Source: Bacteroidota bacterium (GTDB lineage: Bacteria > Bacteroidota > Bacteroidia > Palsa-948). Taken from it: a stretch of DNA of 64,000 nucleotides. The stretch is from positions 2,196-66,195 of the forward strand of contig JACRAL010000028.1 in NCBI GenBank assembly GCA_016213435.1, in the 5' to 3' direction. The translations under genes and the position numbers were made by a program. The notes below the pieces were generated by a model. That model ran no database searches and had not been told where the DNA came from. It worked only from the letters and a program-made list of their open reading frames with translations. Shown piece after piece: positions 39,219 through 49,500 of this stretch (within the stretch, counting starts at the first letter, position 1; every line of letters begins with the position of its first letter).

Positions 39219-39605
39219 ATGATAAAAACAGAATACAAACGATTTGACCTCAAGGTAACGCAGGCGAATAAAACCGTCTCGCAATCTTTTGAGCTTGACA
39301 AAAATTTTGTCGCGGTGAAAGGAATGATGCTCACTTCTGACAGGCGCGATTTGCTTTTCTTTCGCGGGTCTCAGCGAATTGAAATCAACAAGGACGAATT
39401 ATTTCCATCTGAATACCTGAGTGAAATGCTGATGTCAGGAATAAATGTTCCGATAAACGAGCGGTATCACAATTTAGGAAGCGTTGACACAGGAAATAAA
39501 ATCGTGAAGATGGAATTCACAGACAGCGATGCCTTCGGAACTGCTTTCGCACCCTACACAGTTTACCTCTTTTTAAAATGCGATAAAAAAGATTCAAATG
39601 ATTAA
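39219..39605 (+). CDS. Hypothetical beta-rich protein (candidate minor capsid or vertex protein)
   Basis: Predicted all-beta pattern; follows the candidate MCP. Confidence 0.45.
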   Translation: MIKTEYKRFDLKVTQANKTVSQSFELDKNFVAVKGMMLTSDRRDLLFFRGSQRIEINKDELFPSEYLSEMLMSGINVPINERYHNLGSVDTGNKIVKMEFTDSDAFGTAFAPYTVYLFLKCDKKDSND

Positions 39606-40224
39606 GCGAAGAATCATAGCGACAAAAATCAGCATCACCAAACAGGGAGAAATAAAATTCTTTCAGGTGAAAGTTCCATTCGATGCGAAAGTCATTATCG
39701 GGATTGAAACAGCCATGCGCCTGAAAACATTTCGGGTTTTTCCAAGCCAACCGATTTTAGTTCCATTTGATAATCCCTACGGAAATATTGTTGCCTTCAA
39801 CGGAACAGGAAATCCAACTGGTCAGGCAATAAATGGTTCCGGGATTTTTCCGATAAATAATTTTTCACCCTCTCCGATTGATTCACCGATTGGCGCAACA
39901 AGAAATTCTCTTGTCGGTGAATTGAAATTGCAAAGCAGCGATGATTCAAATATTTTTTACGCAACGAATATTTCAGACCCGTCCGTGAAAGAAGGATTGG
40001 ACAAAGTTCCTTCGGTGAATTTCATGATTGAAAATGTGTGGACGCACGGCTACAAACGCCAATTAGAGGAAGTTCTTGTGGATGCAAACACAACGGTTAT
40101 CGCTGGGCTATACAAAGACAGGCTCGGAGAAATGCTGAAGGCGGATGTTTCCTACGATGTCTTCCTATATATATGGTACAAGTTTGAAAAACCCATTGAC
40201 AATGACAATCAACCTTGCTCTTGA
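39598..40224 (+). CDS. Hypothetical beta-rich protein
   Basis: Overlaps the previous gene; beta-strand pattern at both ends with a Pro/Gly-rich insert. Confidence 0.5.
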   Translation: MIKRRIIATKISITKQGEIKFFQVKVPFDAKVIIGIETAMRLKTFRVFPSQPILVPFDNPYGNIVAFNGTGNPTGQAINGSGIFPINNFSPSPIDSPIGATRNSLVGELKLQSSDDSNIFYATNISDPSVKEGLDKVPSVNFMIENVWTHGYKRQLEEVLVDANTTVIAGLYKDRLGEMLKADVSYDVFLYIWYKFEKPIDNDNQPCS

Positions 40225-40522
40225 ATACATCCCGCGAAGAATGGAAGAACTGGGTTTCGGAAACGATTACTACCTGCGCTTCCGGCACTTTGTTCTGCAA
40301 CCCTCAGAACAGTTGGATGTCCCCGCATTCAACCAGTTCTTCATCCTCGTGGAAGAAGCGCAGGACGTGAGCGTGAAATCAGAATTCGGAATTTTTGATT
40401 TGAGTTTGAAGAACGCGAATGAAATGTTATACGAACATCAGGGGCAAATCACATTACAAAACTACGCTTCGGCAGTAAATCATATCCGGTTTATTCAGGT
40501 AATCCCGAAGCATAAAATTTAA
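40202..40522 (+). CDS. Hypothetical beta-rich protein
   Basis: Start taken at the ATG at 40202 (MTINLALEYIPRRM); overlaps the previous gene. Confidence 0.55.
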   Translation: MTINLALEYIPRRMEELGFGNDYYLRFRHFVLQPSEQLDVPAFNQFFILVEEAQDVSVKSEFGIFDLSLKNANEMLYEHQGQITLQNYASAVNHIRFIQVIPKHKI

Positions 40523-40527
40523 AAACA

Positions 40528-40779
40528 ATGAAAACAGAAGAACAAAGTAACGAGAGATTCTTTTTGGAAAAGATGATTTCTGAAAATATAAAGAACCACC
40601 GCATAGAGTGGGAATTGGAGCAAGCAAAAAGTGAATTGACACAAAGCCGGTCTCAACTCTCCGATGCGGAAGAATACATCAGTAAGCTCGAATCGCTGCT
40701 GAAAGAGAAGAAAGAGAAAATAGAAAAACTGGAAGCACACGCAATCGCGCTTCAGTTTATACAGCTCTTGTGGCAGTAA
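40528..40779 (+). CDS. Coiled-coil protein
   Basis: Heptad L/E/K pattern. Confidence 0.6.
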   Translation: MKTEEQSNERFFLEKMISENIKNHRIEWELEQAKSELTQSRSQLSDAEEYISKLESLLKEKKEKIEKLEAHAIALQFIQLLWQ

Positions 40780-40827
40780 ATCACATACGATTAATAAACG
40801 TTATTCCAAAGCATAAAACGAAATAAA

Positions 40828-41631
40828 ATGGAAGAAAAACAAAAGGAAAATCCGATTTCTAAAAAATATTCTCCTTTCAATCTCGAACAGTTTAAAAACT
40901 GGTTGAAGGATATGAAAGAAAAAGGAGAGACAAAATACATTGAAGTTTATGTGGACGATTTCAAAGTCGTCTCCAAAACGGATAACCCCGACCACTTCGA
41001 CAGCCACGAACAGTTTGTAGATGATGAGACGGAAAAAATAAGGGTGCTTGTTTACAACACGGAAAAATCCAACCGCTCCAAGCAGCACATTTTTAAATTG
41101 AAAGATTCTTCCCAGTCGTTGAACGGGATTGAAGTGGAAAAGAAAATTGAAGACGGAATAAACAAGGGACTGAAAGCAATGGAGGAAAAACTTCTCTGCG
41201 ACCAAGTGAAGAAGGAACTTGAGGACACAAAATTCAAGTTAAAGGAATCGGAAGAATGGAATGAAAAGCTCGAAGGTGTCATTGAGGAAACGAAAAAGAA
41301 ACTGGAGGATGCAAAAGGAATGTCCGATTTCACAGGGATTATCAAAGACCTGGCACTCCCTCATATTCTCGGAAAAAAATCGGAAGAAAAATCTTCCCTC
41401 TCAGGAAACGAAAAGCCAAAGGAGGAAGCGAGCTTCAAAATGAAATCCTCTGAAGAAAGCGGCTTATCGGAAGATGACAAATTCTATTTGGATTTCGGAG
41501 GCAAAATGAAAGCCGCTTTTTCAAAAGAAGAATTTGACATGGTGTTCGACATCATTGGGGAATTCGTGAAAGATAAAACCAACATCAAACCCGTAACGGA
41601 ATTATTAAACATTAACCAAATAAAAAAATAA
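40828..41631 (+). CDS. Hypothetical protein with central coiled coil
   Basis: 267-aa ORF in the operon; contains SLNGIE and SLSGNE motifs. Confidence 0.7.
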   Translation: MEEKQKENPISKKYSPFNLEQFKNWLKDMKEKGETKYIEVYVDDFKVVSKTDNPDHFDSHEQFVDDETEKIRVLVYNTEKSNRSKQHIFKLKDSSQSLNGIEVEKKIEDGINKGLKAMEEKLLCDQVKKELEDTKFKLKESEEWNEKLEGVIEETKKKLEDAKGMSDFTGIIKDLALPHILGKKSEEKSSLSGNEKPKEEASFKMKSSEESGLSEDDKFYLDFGGKMKAAFSKEEFDMVFDIIGEFVKDKTNIKPVTELLNINQIKK

Positions 41632-41635
41632 CAAA

Positions 41636-42001
41636 ATGGAAAAACTGAATTATCAAATTTCATTCTACGCAGAAGATGAAATCGAAGCGTACGAACGGCT
41701 TAAAAAATTCCTGCTTCGCAATTTCCCTCCTTATTACAGGGTAAAACTTCTGGAACCGGAAGAAGTCATCGAAACGGAGATTGACAAAATGTTTGAGGAA
41801 TTATACGGAGGACTGAATAAACAAAAACCCAAAGAAACGGAAGTTCCAAAAGAAACTGAAAAGGAAAAGTTTCTGAAAGGTTTAATGGAATTTGAAACGG
41901 TCATTCAAATCATCGGAAAATGCCTGAGCGATGAAACCGCCCTTGACCGAATCGCAAAGATGTTCGGAATAAATGTTAAACCTGAAACAACAAAACCCTG
42001 A
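41636..42001 (+). CDS. Hypothetical protein
   Basis: Operon-coupled ORF. Confidence 0.6.
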   Translation: MEKLNYQISFYAEDEIEAYERLKKFLLRNFPPYYRVKLLEPEEVIETEIDKMFEELYGGLNKQKPKETEVPKETEKEKFLKGLMEFETVIQIIGKCLSDETALDRIAKMFGINVKPETTKP

Positions 42002-42183
42002 TGAAAAAATTCAACTGTGATTTTTCCGTACCTGCAAACACGCAGGCGGAAGCCGAAATGAAGATGGACGCGCTGACCATACTTGCCACCTTCCTTACTG
42101 CGGATGAGCTGAAAAAACTGGCGCACGTTGTAAAAAATGACCCGATAAAAACATCATTGGCAAAATCCTATCTCGGAGTATAA
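42001..42183 (+). CDS. Small hypothetical protein
   Basis: Stop/start overlap with the previous gene. Confidence 0.6.
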   Translation: MKKFNCDFSVPANTQAEAEMKMDALTILATFLTADELKKLAHVVKNDPIKTSLAKSYLGV

Positions 42184-42184
42184 A

Positions 42185-42880
42185 ATGAAAACGCTTGGCA
42201 ATAAGGAAAAGGAAGATTTCACTCTGAAGGAAAAGCTCCTTTATGCAGGCGGGACAGTTGTCGTAACGCTGGGGACATTCTTTCTCGGAAGAAAAATAAT
42301 TCGCGGTGCTGTTTCAAACAGCGAGGAGAAAAGGACTTTCGATGAGAATTCCCCAGCGACTTACGCCAAGAGAATCAAAATGGCTTTTGATAATGATGGA
42401 TGGTTCGGAACGAACACGCCTGAACTGAGAAAAATTCTGATTGAGATTCCGAGCAAGAAAGCGATGACACAGGTTTCCAATTCCTATCAGAAACTTTATC
42501 ACTCTCCTCTTTACAAGGACATGGCAGATGAACTTCAAAGCACGGAGTACAATGAGATGCTTGCGATTGTAAATGCCAAGCCCGACAGGATTGAAAAAAG
42601 AAAAAAAGGAAATGCTCCGAACAAACCTACTGCAACGCAATATGAGGATTGGGCAAAGCGGATGAAGGCGGCATTTGATAAATCCTACGGACCATTCCCC
42701 GGTACAGATGAAGATGCAGTCAAAGCGGTGTTTACCGAGATGCCAACGCAAGACGCATTTGTTGAAACAGCAAAAGCATATTTCAAACTATACAACAGCA
42801 ATATGCTTGACGACTTAAAGAGCGAAATGGACGACTGGCAGGACTACATGAAAATAATAACATCGAAACCTCAGAAATAA
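42185..42880 (+). CDS. Membrane-anchored protein with two annexin-like repeats
   Basis: AKRIKMAF..DGWFGTN...L..IL..I.S......V...Y..LY...L..D...EL and AKRMKAAF......PGTDEDAV..VF...........AY..LY...M..DL.SEM; N-terminal TM. Confidence 0.7.
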   Translation: MKTLGNKEKEDFTLKEKLLYAGGTVVVTLGTFFLGRKIIRGAVSNSEEKRTFDENSPATYAKRIKMAFDNDGWFGTNTPELRKILIEIPSKKAMTQVSNSYQKLYHSPLYKDMADELQSTEYNEMLAIVNAKPDRIEKRKKGNAPNKPTATQYEDWAKRMKAAFDKSYGPFPGTDEDAVKAVFTEMPTQDAFVETAKAYFKLYNSNMLDDLKSEMDDWQDYMKIITSKPQK

Positions 42881-42881
42881 A

Positions 42882-43775
42882 ATGGAAAAGGAAAAACCAA
42901 ACAAGAAGAAAAAATTCCTTCTCATAGGATTAGGAGTTGCGGCAACGGGATTACTCAGCTATTTCGGTTGGGAATATTATCAGAAGAAGAAAAAAGAAAA
43001 AGAAGGTAATGCTGATGATTCATCATCCGACACCGATACTCAGCCAGTCATTCCGCAGAAAAGCACATTCGCACCGAAATTTTTTACGCAACCGCAAACA
43101 CGGAACGATGATTTTCCATTGAAGAAAGGAAGCAAGGGAGCAAAAGTGAAATCAGTACAGGATGCTCTTATTGCAAAAAATGGAAAAGGAATTCTTCCGC
43201 GTTACGGAGCCGATGGAGATTTCGGAAGCGAAATGGTTACCGCTCTGAAGAAACTCAACCTGCCCGACACCATTGATGAAACTACTTACAATGTAATCGT
43301 GCAGTCATCCTCATCTTCTTTTGATGCAGGCGCACTTGCCAAAGCTCTCTACAAAGATGCCGTGAACAAAAACATCAATGGAGTTATCAATTCCCTGAAG
43401 AAGATGAGTACGAAAGACGATTACACCGCAGTCAGCAACGAATTCAAAAAACTCAGCCTGCGCGGAGTAAGCCAAACGCTTGTGAACGGATTGCTCGGCA
43501 GTTTCCCGGACGAAAATCAGAAACAGCAAATCCGTTTGGAGTTTTCACGGATGGGTTTGAAGTACGATGGAAAAAAATGGTCGCTTTCAGGATTGGATGG
43601 ATTCAAAGTAATCACTACTGAGGCTACAACCGTTTGGAGAACTCCGAATGAAGGCGCGAAAGTTCCCGCGAAAATGATTTTAGGAACTGAAATAGCTACG
43701 AGTAAAGGATTCACCCTTTTTGAAAACAACGGAAGAAAATTCATAGTCAAAACATCAACGATAAAATATTTATAA
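42882..43775 (+). CDS. Membrane-anchored protein with peptidoglycan-binding (PG_binding_1-like) domain
   Basis: N-terminal TM; PLKKGSKGAKVKSVQDAL...GADGDFGSE...AL. Confidence 0.75.
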   Translation: MEKEKPNKKKKFLLIGLGVAATGLLSYFGWEYYQKKKKEKEGNADDSSSDTDTQPVIPQKSTFAPKFFTQPQTRNDDFPLKKGSKGAKVKSVQDALIAKNGKGILPRYGADGDFGSEMVTALKKLNLPDTIDETTYNVIVQSSSSSFDAGALAKALYKDAVNKNINGVINSLKKMSTKDDYTAVSNEFKKLSLRGVSQTLVNGLLGSFPDENQKQQIRLEFSRMGLKYDGKKWSLSGLDGFKVITTEATTVWRTPNEGAKVPAKMILGTEIATSKGFTLFENNGRKFIVKTSTIKYL

Positions 43776-43788
43776 AAAACAAAACACA

Positions 43789-44226
43789 ATGAGAATAATA
43801 AATTTCATCGTGGTGCATTGCACCGCCACACCGCCAACGGCAACAGTTGAGGCGATAAAAAAATACTGGAAGGAAGTAAAAAAATGGGGCGACACGCCCG
43901 GCTATCACTACTTGATTCACCGTGATGGAGAAATCGAGCAACTGCTTGACGAAAGCAGAATGAGCTACGGAGCATACGGACACAATCCCGAATGCGTACA
44001 TATTTCTTACATCGGGGGAATTGACAAAGACGGAAAACCGATTGACAACCGGACTTCCGCGCAGAAACATTCCATGTTCGATAAGCTCATGGAGCTTTCT
44101 GAAAAATATCCGCAGGCAAAAATTCTCGGACACAGGGATTTTCCAAATGTGGCGAAAGCGTGTCCGAGTTTTGATGTGAGAGAATGGCTACGCAATTACG
44201 AACCCGATTTAAAAGGCGCAGCATGA
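43789..44226 (+). CDS. N-acetylmuramoyl-L-alanine amidase (T7-lysozyme/Amidase_2 type endolysin)
   Basis: IVVHCTAT, GYHYLI, ISYIGG, GHRDF, KACPSFDV. Confidence 0.92.
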   Translation: MRIINFIVVHCTATPPTATVEAIKKYWKEVKKWGDTPGYHYLIHRDGEIEQLLDESRMSYGAYGHNPECVHISYIGGIDKDGKPIDNRTSAQKHSMFDKLMELSEKYPQAKILGHRDFPNVAKACPSFDVREWLRNYEPDLKGAA

Positions 44227-44891
44227 TTTTTCCGAGAGTAAAATCCATACTTCGCAGAAACGGTTATGTGTTGCACACGCGCCCTTACGAACTGAACATC
44301 GTGGGAGTTCGCACACGAAGCACAATTCCTAATCGCTTTGATGATGAGATACACGTTTTCTACAAATCAAAACCAACGAAATGGGAGTATCACATTTTTA
44401 AGGCGACAACGGACCCCGGGACATTTTGGTTGGAGAATCCGATGCAACCACAGGGGACAGCCATACTTGCACAAGGGCAATATGTAAATGCCTACCAAAT
44501 CGGAATGCACTTGGGAAAATACAAAGCCCTCGTGCAAGTGGCTCCCGTTGCTATCATGCGCGACTATAACCGCAATGCGAAGTTGGATTTTCTCAACGGA
44601 AAAAAAGAAGAAGGAATTTACGGAATCAACATTCACAGGGCAATGGCACAGGGGAAAACAAAATACATAGACAAGTTTTCCGCAGGATGCCAGGTCTTTC
44701 AAAGCGCAGAGGACTTTGAACATTTTATGGAGATGTGTGATAAGCATAGCAAGTTGTACGGAAACCGATTCACTTACACCTTGCTTGACTTTCGCGCCCT
44801 GCGGAGAGAATCCATCAAAAGAATTGTAATCGGAACATTAACTCTCGGTTTGGGATTAATCGGATATATCAACTACGACACCAATGAATGA
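44223..44891 (+). CDS. Putative second cell-wall enzyme (YkuD/L,D-transpeptidase-like) with C-terminal TM
   Basis: NIVGVR, NRFDD, TTDPG, GINIH...SAGCQV; ATGA overlap with the amidase. Confidence 0.65.
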   Translation: MIFPRVKSILRRNGYVLHTRPYELNIVGVRTRSTIPNRFDDEIHVFYKSKPTKWEYHIFKATTDPGTFWLENPMQPQGTAILAQGQYVNAYQIGMHLGKYKALVQVAPVAIMRDYNRNAKLDFLNGKKEEGIYGINIHRAMAQGKTKYIDKFSAGCQVFQSAEDFEHFMEMCDKHSKLYGNRFTYTLLDFRALRRESIKRIVIGTLTLGLGLIGYINYDTNE

Positions 44892-45126
44892 TTTCATAAA
44901 ACAATTAATGAAGGACAAAGAGGGAAATTATTCTCTCAGGGAAGCAGTAACACTTGTGTTTGTCGCGGCTACGCTCGTGAGTTGGCTCGCACAGCAATTT
45001 TTCTCAGTAGCAGTTCCCGAATATATGTTTTACTCTTTCGTCAGCATCATCGGTGCAGGTTGCTTCGGTTATTCCATCGAGAAGAAAACAAAAACATTTA
45101 CTAACGAAAAAAACGAAAACCCATGA
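44884..45126 (+). CDS. Holin-like two-TM protein
   Basis: 80 aa, two TM segments, charged C-terminus, next to the endolysins. Confidence 0.55.
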   Translation: MNDFIKQLMKDKEGNYSLREAVTLVFVAATLVSWLAQQFFSVAVPEYMFYSFVSIIGAGCFGYSIEKKTKTFTNEKNENP

Positions 45127-45809
45127 TTGACTTTTTAACAGAAACCAAAATCAAAATCCTGAACAAGCGTACTGTAATCATTACATTCATGTTCGGTTTT
45201 TTTTCCGCGCTTTCTTCCTTGCTCCTTTATCATTCGATAGAGGGCTTTAAAAGCGAATTGAAAGAATCCAAGATTGTAATAAAGGAAATGACCGCTCAGG
45301 TAAGTTCCATTGAAAGCAATTATCAATCACAGCTTCAATACTGGATTCGGAAAAACAATTACCTGCAAGAGCAGATTCAGAAAACTGATTTTGCTTTGAC
45401 AGAATCAAAGCAAAAAGAAAAATCCTTGCAGGGAAAAATTCTGGGATTGATTTCAGAAAGCAAAACCCTGACCGATACTTCTGAAATAATTTCCAACTGC
45501 GGTTCGATAAAAGAAAAAACAGAACAATTTATTTCAGAAACTAATTCGAGAGATAGTTTATGTGATACGGAAATTACCGAATTGAAAATTGTAATTCAGA
45601 ACAAGGATTCTGCTATGGCAGTATGTCAAAACAGTTTCTCCATACTGAAACAAGTTACGGATTCATCCCTCACGTTTCAAAACAAACTAACGGATGAACT
45701 GAAACTTGCCGATAAGAAAATAAGGCGGGGAAATATCAAATCAAAATTTCTAACCGCAGGCATAATGATTCTATCCGGGGTAACAACCACTCTATTATTG
45801 AAAAAATGA
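45123..45809 (+). CDS. Membrane-anchored coiled-coil protein (spanin-like)
   Basis: N-terminal TM, long coiled coil, C-terminal hydrophobic tail; follows the holin candidate. Confidence 0.5.
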   Translation: MIDFLTETKIKILNKRTVIITFMFGFFSALSSLLLYHSIEGFKSELKESKIVIKEMTAQVSSIESNYQSQLQYWIRKNNYLQEQIQKTDFALTESKQKEKSLQGKILGLISESKTLTDTSEIISNCGSIKEKTEQFISETNSRDSLCDTEITELKIVIQNKDSAMAVCQNSFSILKQVTDSSLTFQNKLTDELKLADKKIRRGNIKSKFLTAGIMILSGVTTTLLLKK

Positions 45810-46018
45810 AAGCACCCATGAAAGAAAAGGTGATTGTATCGTCTCTCACCTTGATAACATCGCTTACAGGATATTTCTACGCCAAGAGTGCAGAGAAAGA
45901 TGTTGTGCCTTACATGATGGTAAGCGGCTTTCTCGGTGCAATTCTCGGTGAAGCAATCGCTCACACCTTTTTCTCAGACGACAACGATAAAAATAACAAA
46001 CCTAAAAAACCAAAGTAA
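45806..46018 (+). CDS. Small two-TM membrane protein
   Basis: Two hydrophobic segments. Confidence 0.6.
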   Translation: MKAPMKEKVIVSSLTLITSLTGYFYAKSAEKDVVPYMMVSGFLGAILGEAIAHTFFSDDNDKNNKPKKPK

Positions 46019-46019
46019 C

Positions 46020-46571
46020 ATGACAGCATTTGCAACACAAATCCTAAACAACGGAGCCTCGCTGAAAATTATTTCAGCCGATGGAACTCGTAATATTTTG
46101 AAAAATCAAATCCATGAAGTGAGCGTAATCAACGACACGGTAATTAAAATTGATATTGGTCAGGGAGCGTTGAACAATATCTTCATCAATTTTCCCGAAG
46201 TCAGCAATCCTCAAACGCCAACTCCTGATGCACTCGTGGATGCAATCAACATAATGCTTCAAAATACTATTGTAATTCCTCCCGGCATTTCCACCGAGCT
46301 GAACCAACAAAAGGAAATTACGGACTTGGACAGCATAAAATCTTCCTTGCTGTTTCAGGCTCCGCAGATTTCCGATGAAACGAATCCGAAAACTATTTAT
46401 AAAGGATTCGCAGTTCCCGGCTCAAGAACTTCTGATGCAGTTTGGGCGATTCAGAAAATCACAAACAACAGGGGAATCTACACTTACCTGTGGGCGGGTG
46501 GAAATCAAAACTTTGACAAGGTTTGGGACAACCGAGCAACATTAATTTATCCGCCAAGTGCTAATGCGTAA
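46020..46571 (+). CDS. Hypothetical protein with a phage-virion-like Trp-rich C-terminal module
   Basis: YKGFAVPG..TS.AVWAIQKI......YLWAGG..NFDKVWDNRA.L.Y; start taken at the ATG at 46020. Confidence 0.55.
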   Translation: MTAFATQILNNGASLKIISADGTRNILKNQIHEVSVINDTVIKIDIGQGALNNIFINFPEVSNPQTPTPDALVDAINIMLQNTIVIPPGISTELNQQKEITDLDSIKSSLLFQAPQISDETNPKTIYKGFAVPGSRTSDAVWAIQKITNNRGIYTYLWAGGNQNFDKVWDNRATLIYPPSANA

Positions 46572-49500
46572 GCATAAACCATATCAGGTAAAACCCGAAA
46601 TGATTTTCACGCTTGGGTATTTGCAGCAAGGCGAGATACCCGAAGTGAAACTGCGATTGAACAGGTCTTCCCGAAAAAAACTTTTCGGGAAGATTGGTTC
46701 ATCGAAAGATGTAGCAGATTTCATCCGTAAGATTTATAAACGCGGTGAAATTGAATTGCAGGAACAATTTATCGTGCTGTATCTCGACAGGGGAAATAAT
46801 ATTATTGGATTTTACAGGCATACCACAGGTGCGATAAGCGGAACGATTGCCGATGTGAGAATTATTCTTGCGGCTGCTTTGAAAAGCGCAAGCACTTCCA
46901 TTATTATAGCTCACAATCATCCAAGCGGAAACCTTCAACCAAGCCAAGCAGACATTGACCTCACAAAAAAGATAAAGGAAAGTGCGAACACAATGGATAT
47001 TTCCCTGCTTGACCATGTGATTGTAACAAAGGATGGTTATTATTCCTTCGGAGATGAAGGATTGGTTGGCTTGGAAGAAAATGAAATCGGTTTTGTAAAC
47101 AGCAAGCTCAAGCCGGATATCAATAAAGTGATTCAAGGCGATGTTCTCGAAACCCTAAAAGATTTTCCCGATGAGAGCGTGGACTGTGTTATCACTTCAC
47201 CTCCGTACTGGCAACTGCGCGACTATGGATGGAAAGGGCAATGGGGCTTGGAAAAAACTTTTGACAAGTACCTTGAGAATCTTTGGAAACTCATGGATGA
47301 AATCAGGCGCGTACTTAAACCGAAAGGAACTGTTTGGATTAATCTTGGCGACACTTACGGAACACAGTCGGGAACGGGCCGGGGAACGCAGTACATCAGC
47401 AAAAGCACAAAGCACCATGTAGAAAACGGAGCAACTCTCATCAAAGGAAAAGCTCCGCATAAATCACAATTATTAATTCCGCATCGCTTCGCTATCGGGT
47501 GTATGGAACGCGGATGGATTGTACGCAATGATATTATTTGGGCGAAGAAAAATTCAATGCCTGAAAGCGTGAAAGACCGTTTTGCAAAAAAGCATGAGTA
47601 CGTTTTCTTGATGGTAAAAGAAAAGGATTATTATTTCGATTTGGACAGCGTGAGAGAACCGCATAAGGCAGAATCAGTCGAGAGAACAAAGCGCGGATGG
47701 AACGGACACAGGGAAAAAGGAAGTTCGTATGAAAACATGGATGAAAAAAAGATGTGCCACCCTGACGGAAAGAATCCCGGAGACATTTCTGATTTTTGGA
47801 AAATTCAAAACAAAGGCGGACACGATAAACACTATGCAAAATACAGTTCCGACTTACTCACCAAGCCGATTCTTGCAGGTTGTCCCAAAGGCGGAATTGT
47901 ACTGGACCCGTTCTGCGGGACTGCAAGCACAGGCGTAAGGGCGATTGAACTCGGAAGAAAATTCATCGGCATTGAAGGGAAGAAAGAATACTGCCACATA
48001 GCCGAAAAGAATCTGAAAAATATTTCCCTGAACGGATTGGGATTACTCAGCACTATTCCCAAGTGGCAGTTCGTTGAAAAAGTTGAAAAGGATTTGGAGA
48101 AAAAAATTTCCTACAACAAACGCTCTATTGAAAAACTTGCAGCAACCTTCGGAATCCACGATAAAACTTTGGTGAAGGAACTTACAGAACTTGCTATTGT
48201 ACGCAGGGCAAGATCCCTCGCGCACAGTCAGGAAAGCGAAAAGGAAAAATTTGATTCCATTGTTGAGCTATACAACAGCCAGGTCAATCTTTCCCACCGC
48301 ACAAGCCAAAGTATTTTATTGCAACAATATTCTACGCCCGCGCCAATCACATTCCTCGCAGGAATATTTGTTGGCGCGGACAAAGGCGTTTCTGTTTTTG
48401 AACCAAGCGCAGGAAATGGATTATTGACGATTGCAGGAACAGAGCAGAATATTATTGTAAATGAAATTGATTCTGTACGCAGGGAAAATCTGCACACGCA
48501 GGGGTACAAAATGGTTTTGAACCGCGATGCGACAAAACCATTTCCTGAGTTTTATCAAAAGATGAGCGCAGTTATTACCAATCCCCCTTTCGGTACGCTT
48601 GATACCGAAGTGATGTACGATAACTTTCCGATTAAAACGCTCGACCACCTGATGGCTCTGCGTGCGCTCGATACGATGAGGGACAACGGAAAGGCATCCA
48701 TCATAATCGGTGGGCACACGCAATGGGATGAGAAAGGCAGAATACAGGCAGGAAAGAACCGAATCTTTTTCAATTATCTGTATAGCCGCTATAACGTAAT
48801 TGACGTAATCAATATTGACGGCAGTTTATATTCACGGCAGGGAACATCCTTCGATGTGAGATTGATTTTGATTGACGGCAGAAAAAAAAATCCGCAGGGA
48901 GCCGCGCCTGTAAAAAATTCCGAACTATCTAATACTGTAAAAACATTTGATGCTTTATACGAAAGGGTGAACGATGCAATTAGCGCAAGCGGGCTTTCGG
49001 AAATCAAAAGATTCAATTCTCTGAAAGAAAAATATCCCGATGTGGTTTTGCTTTTAAATACAGGAAGTTTTTACGAAACATTCGGGGAAGATGCTGTTGC
49101 AACCTCAAAAATTATCGGAACTGTTTTATCGCATCGCAACGGTATTCCCGTAACGGGCTTCCCGCTTGTTTCCCTCGACAGTTATTTATCAAAACTCGTG
49201 AGAAGCGGAAACAAAGTAGCGATTGCCGATGAATTACAAAATCCAAAATCAATGAAACAAAATATTTCTTCTTTAGAACGCGAAGCATTGGCTTTGCAAA
49301 GACAACTTTTAGGCGAGGAACTTGGCTCGCCCTACATTCCCGCTTCCGAATCCTGCGTTGTGCTGAATACGCAAGTTCCCGATTCGATGAGCTTTGAAAC
49401 GCAGAAAGCACTCGAACAAATCCGTGAAGAAGTTGGCGGAGACATTGATGCGTTTGTACGGCATAGATTAAATTTTCGTAGTAAGATGGAACTCTGCAAG

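Noticed and set aside
35477..46571. Classical tailed prophage or ICE
   Set aside because: No recognisable terminase, portal, tape-measure, baseplate, relaxase, VirB4 or Tra motifs.
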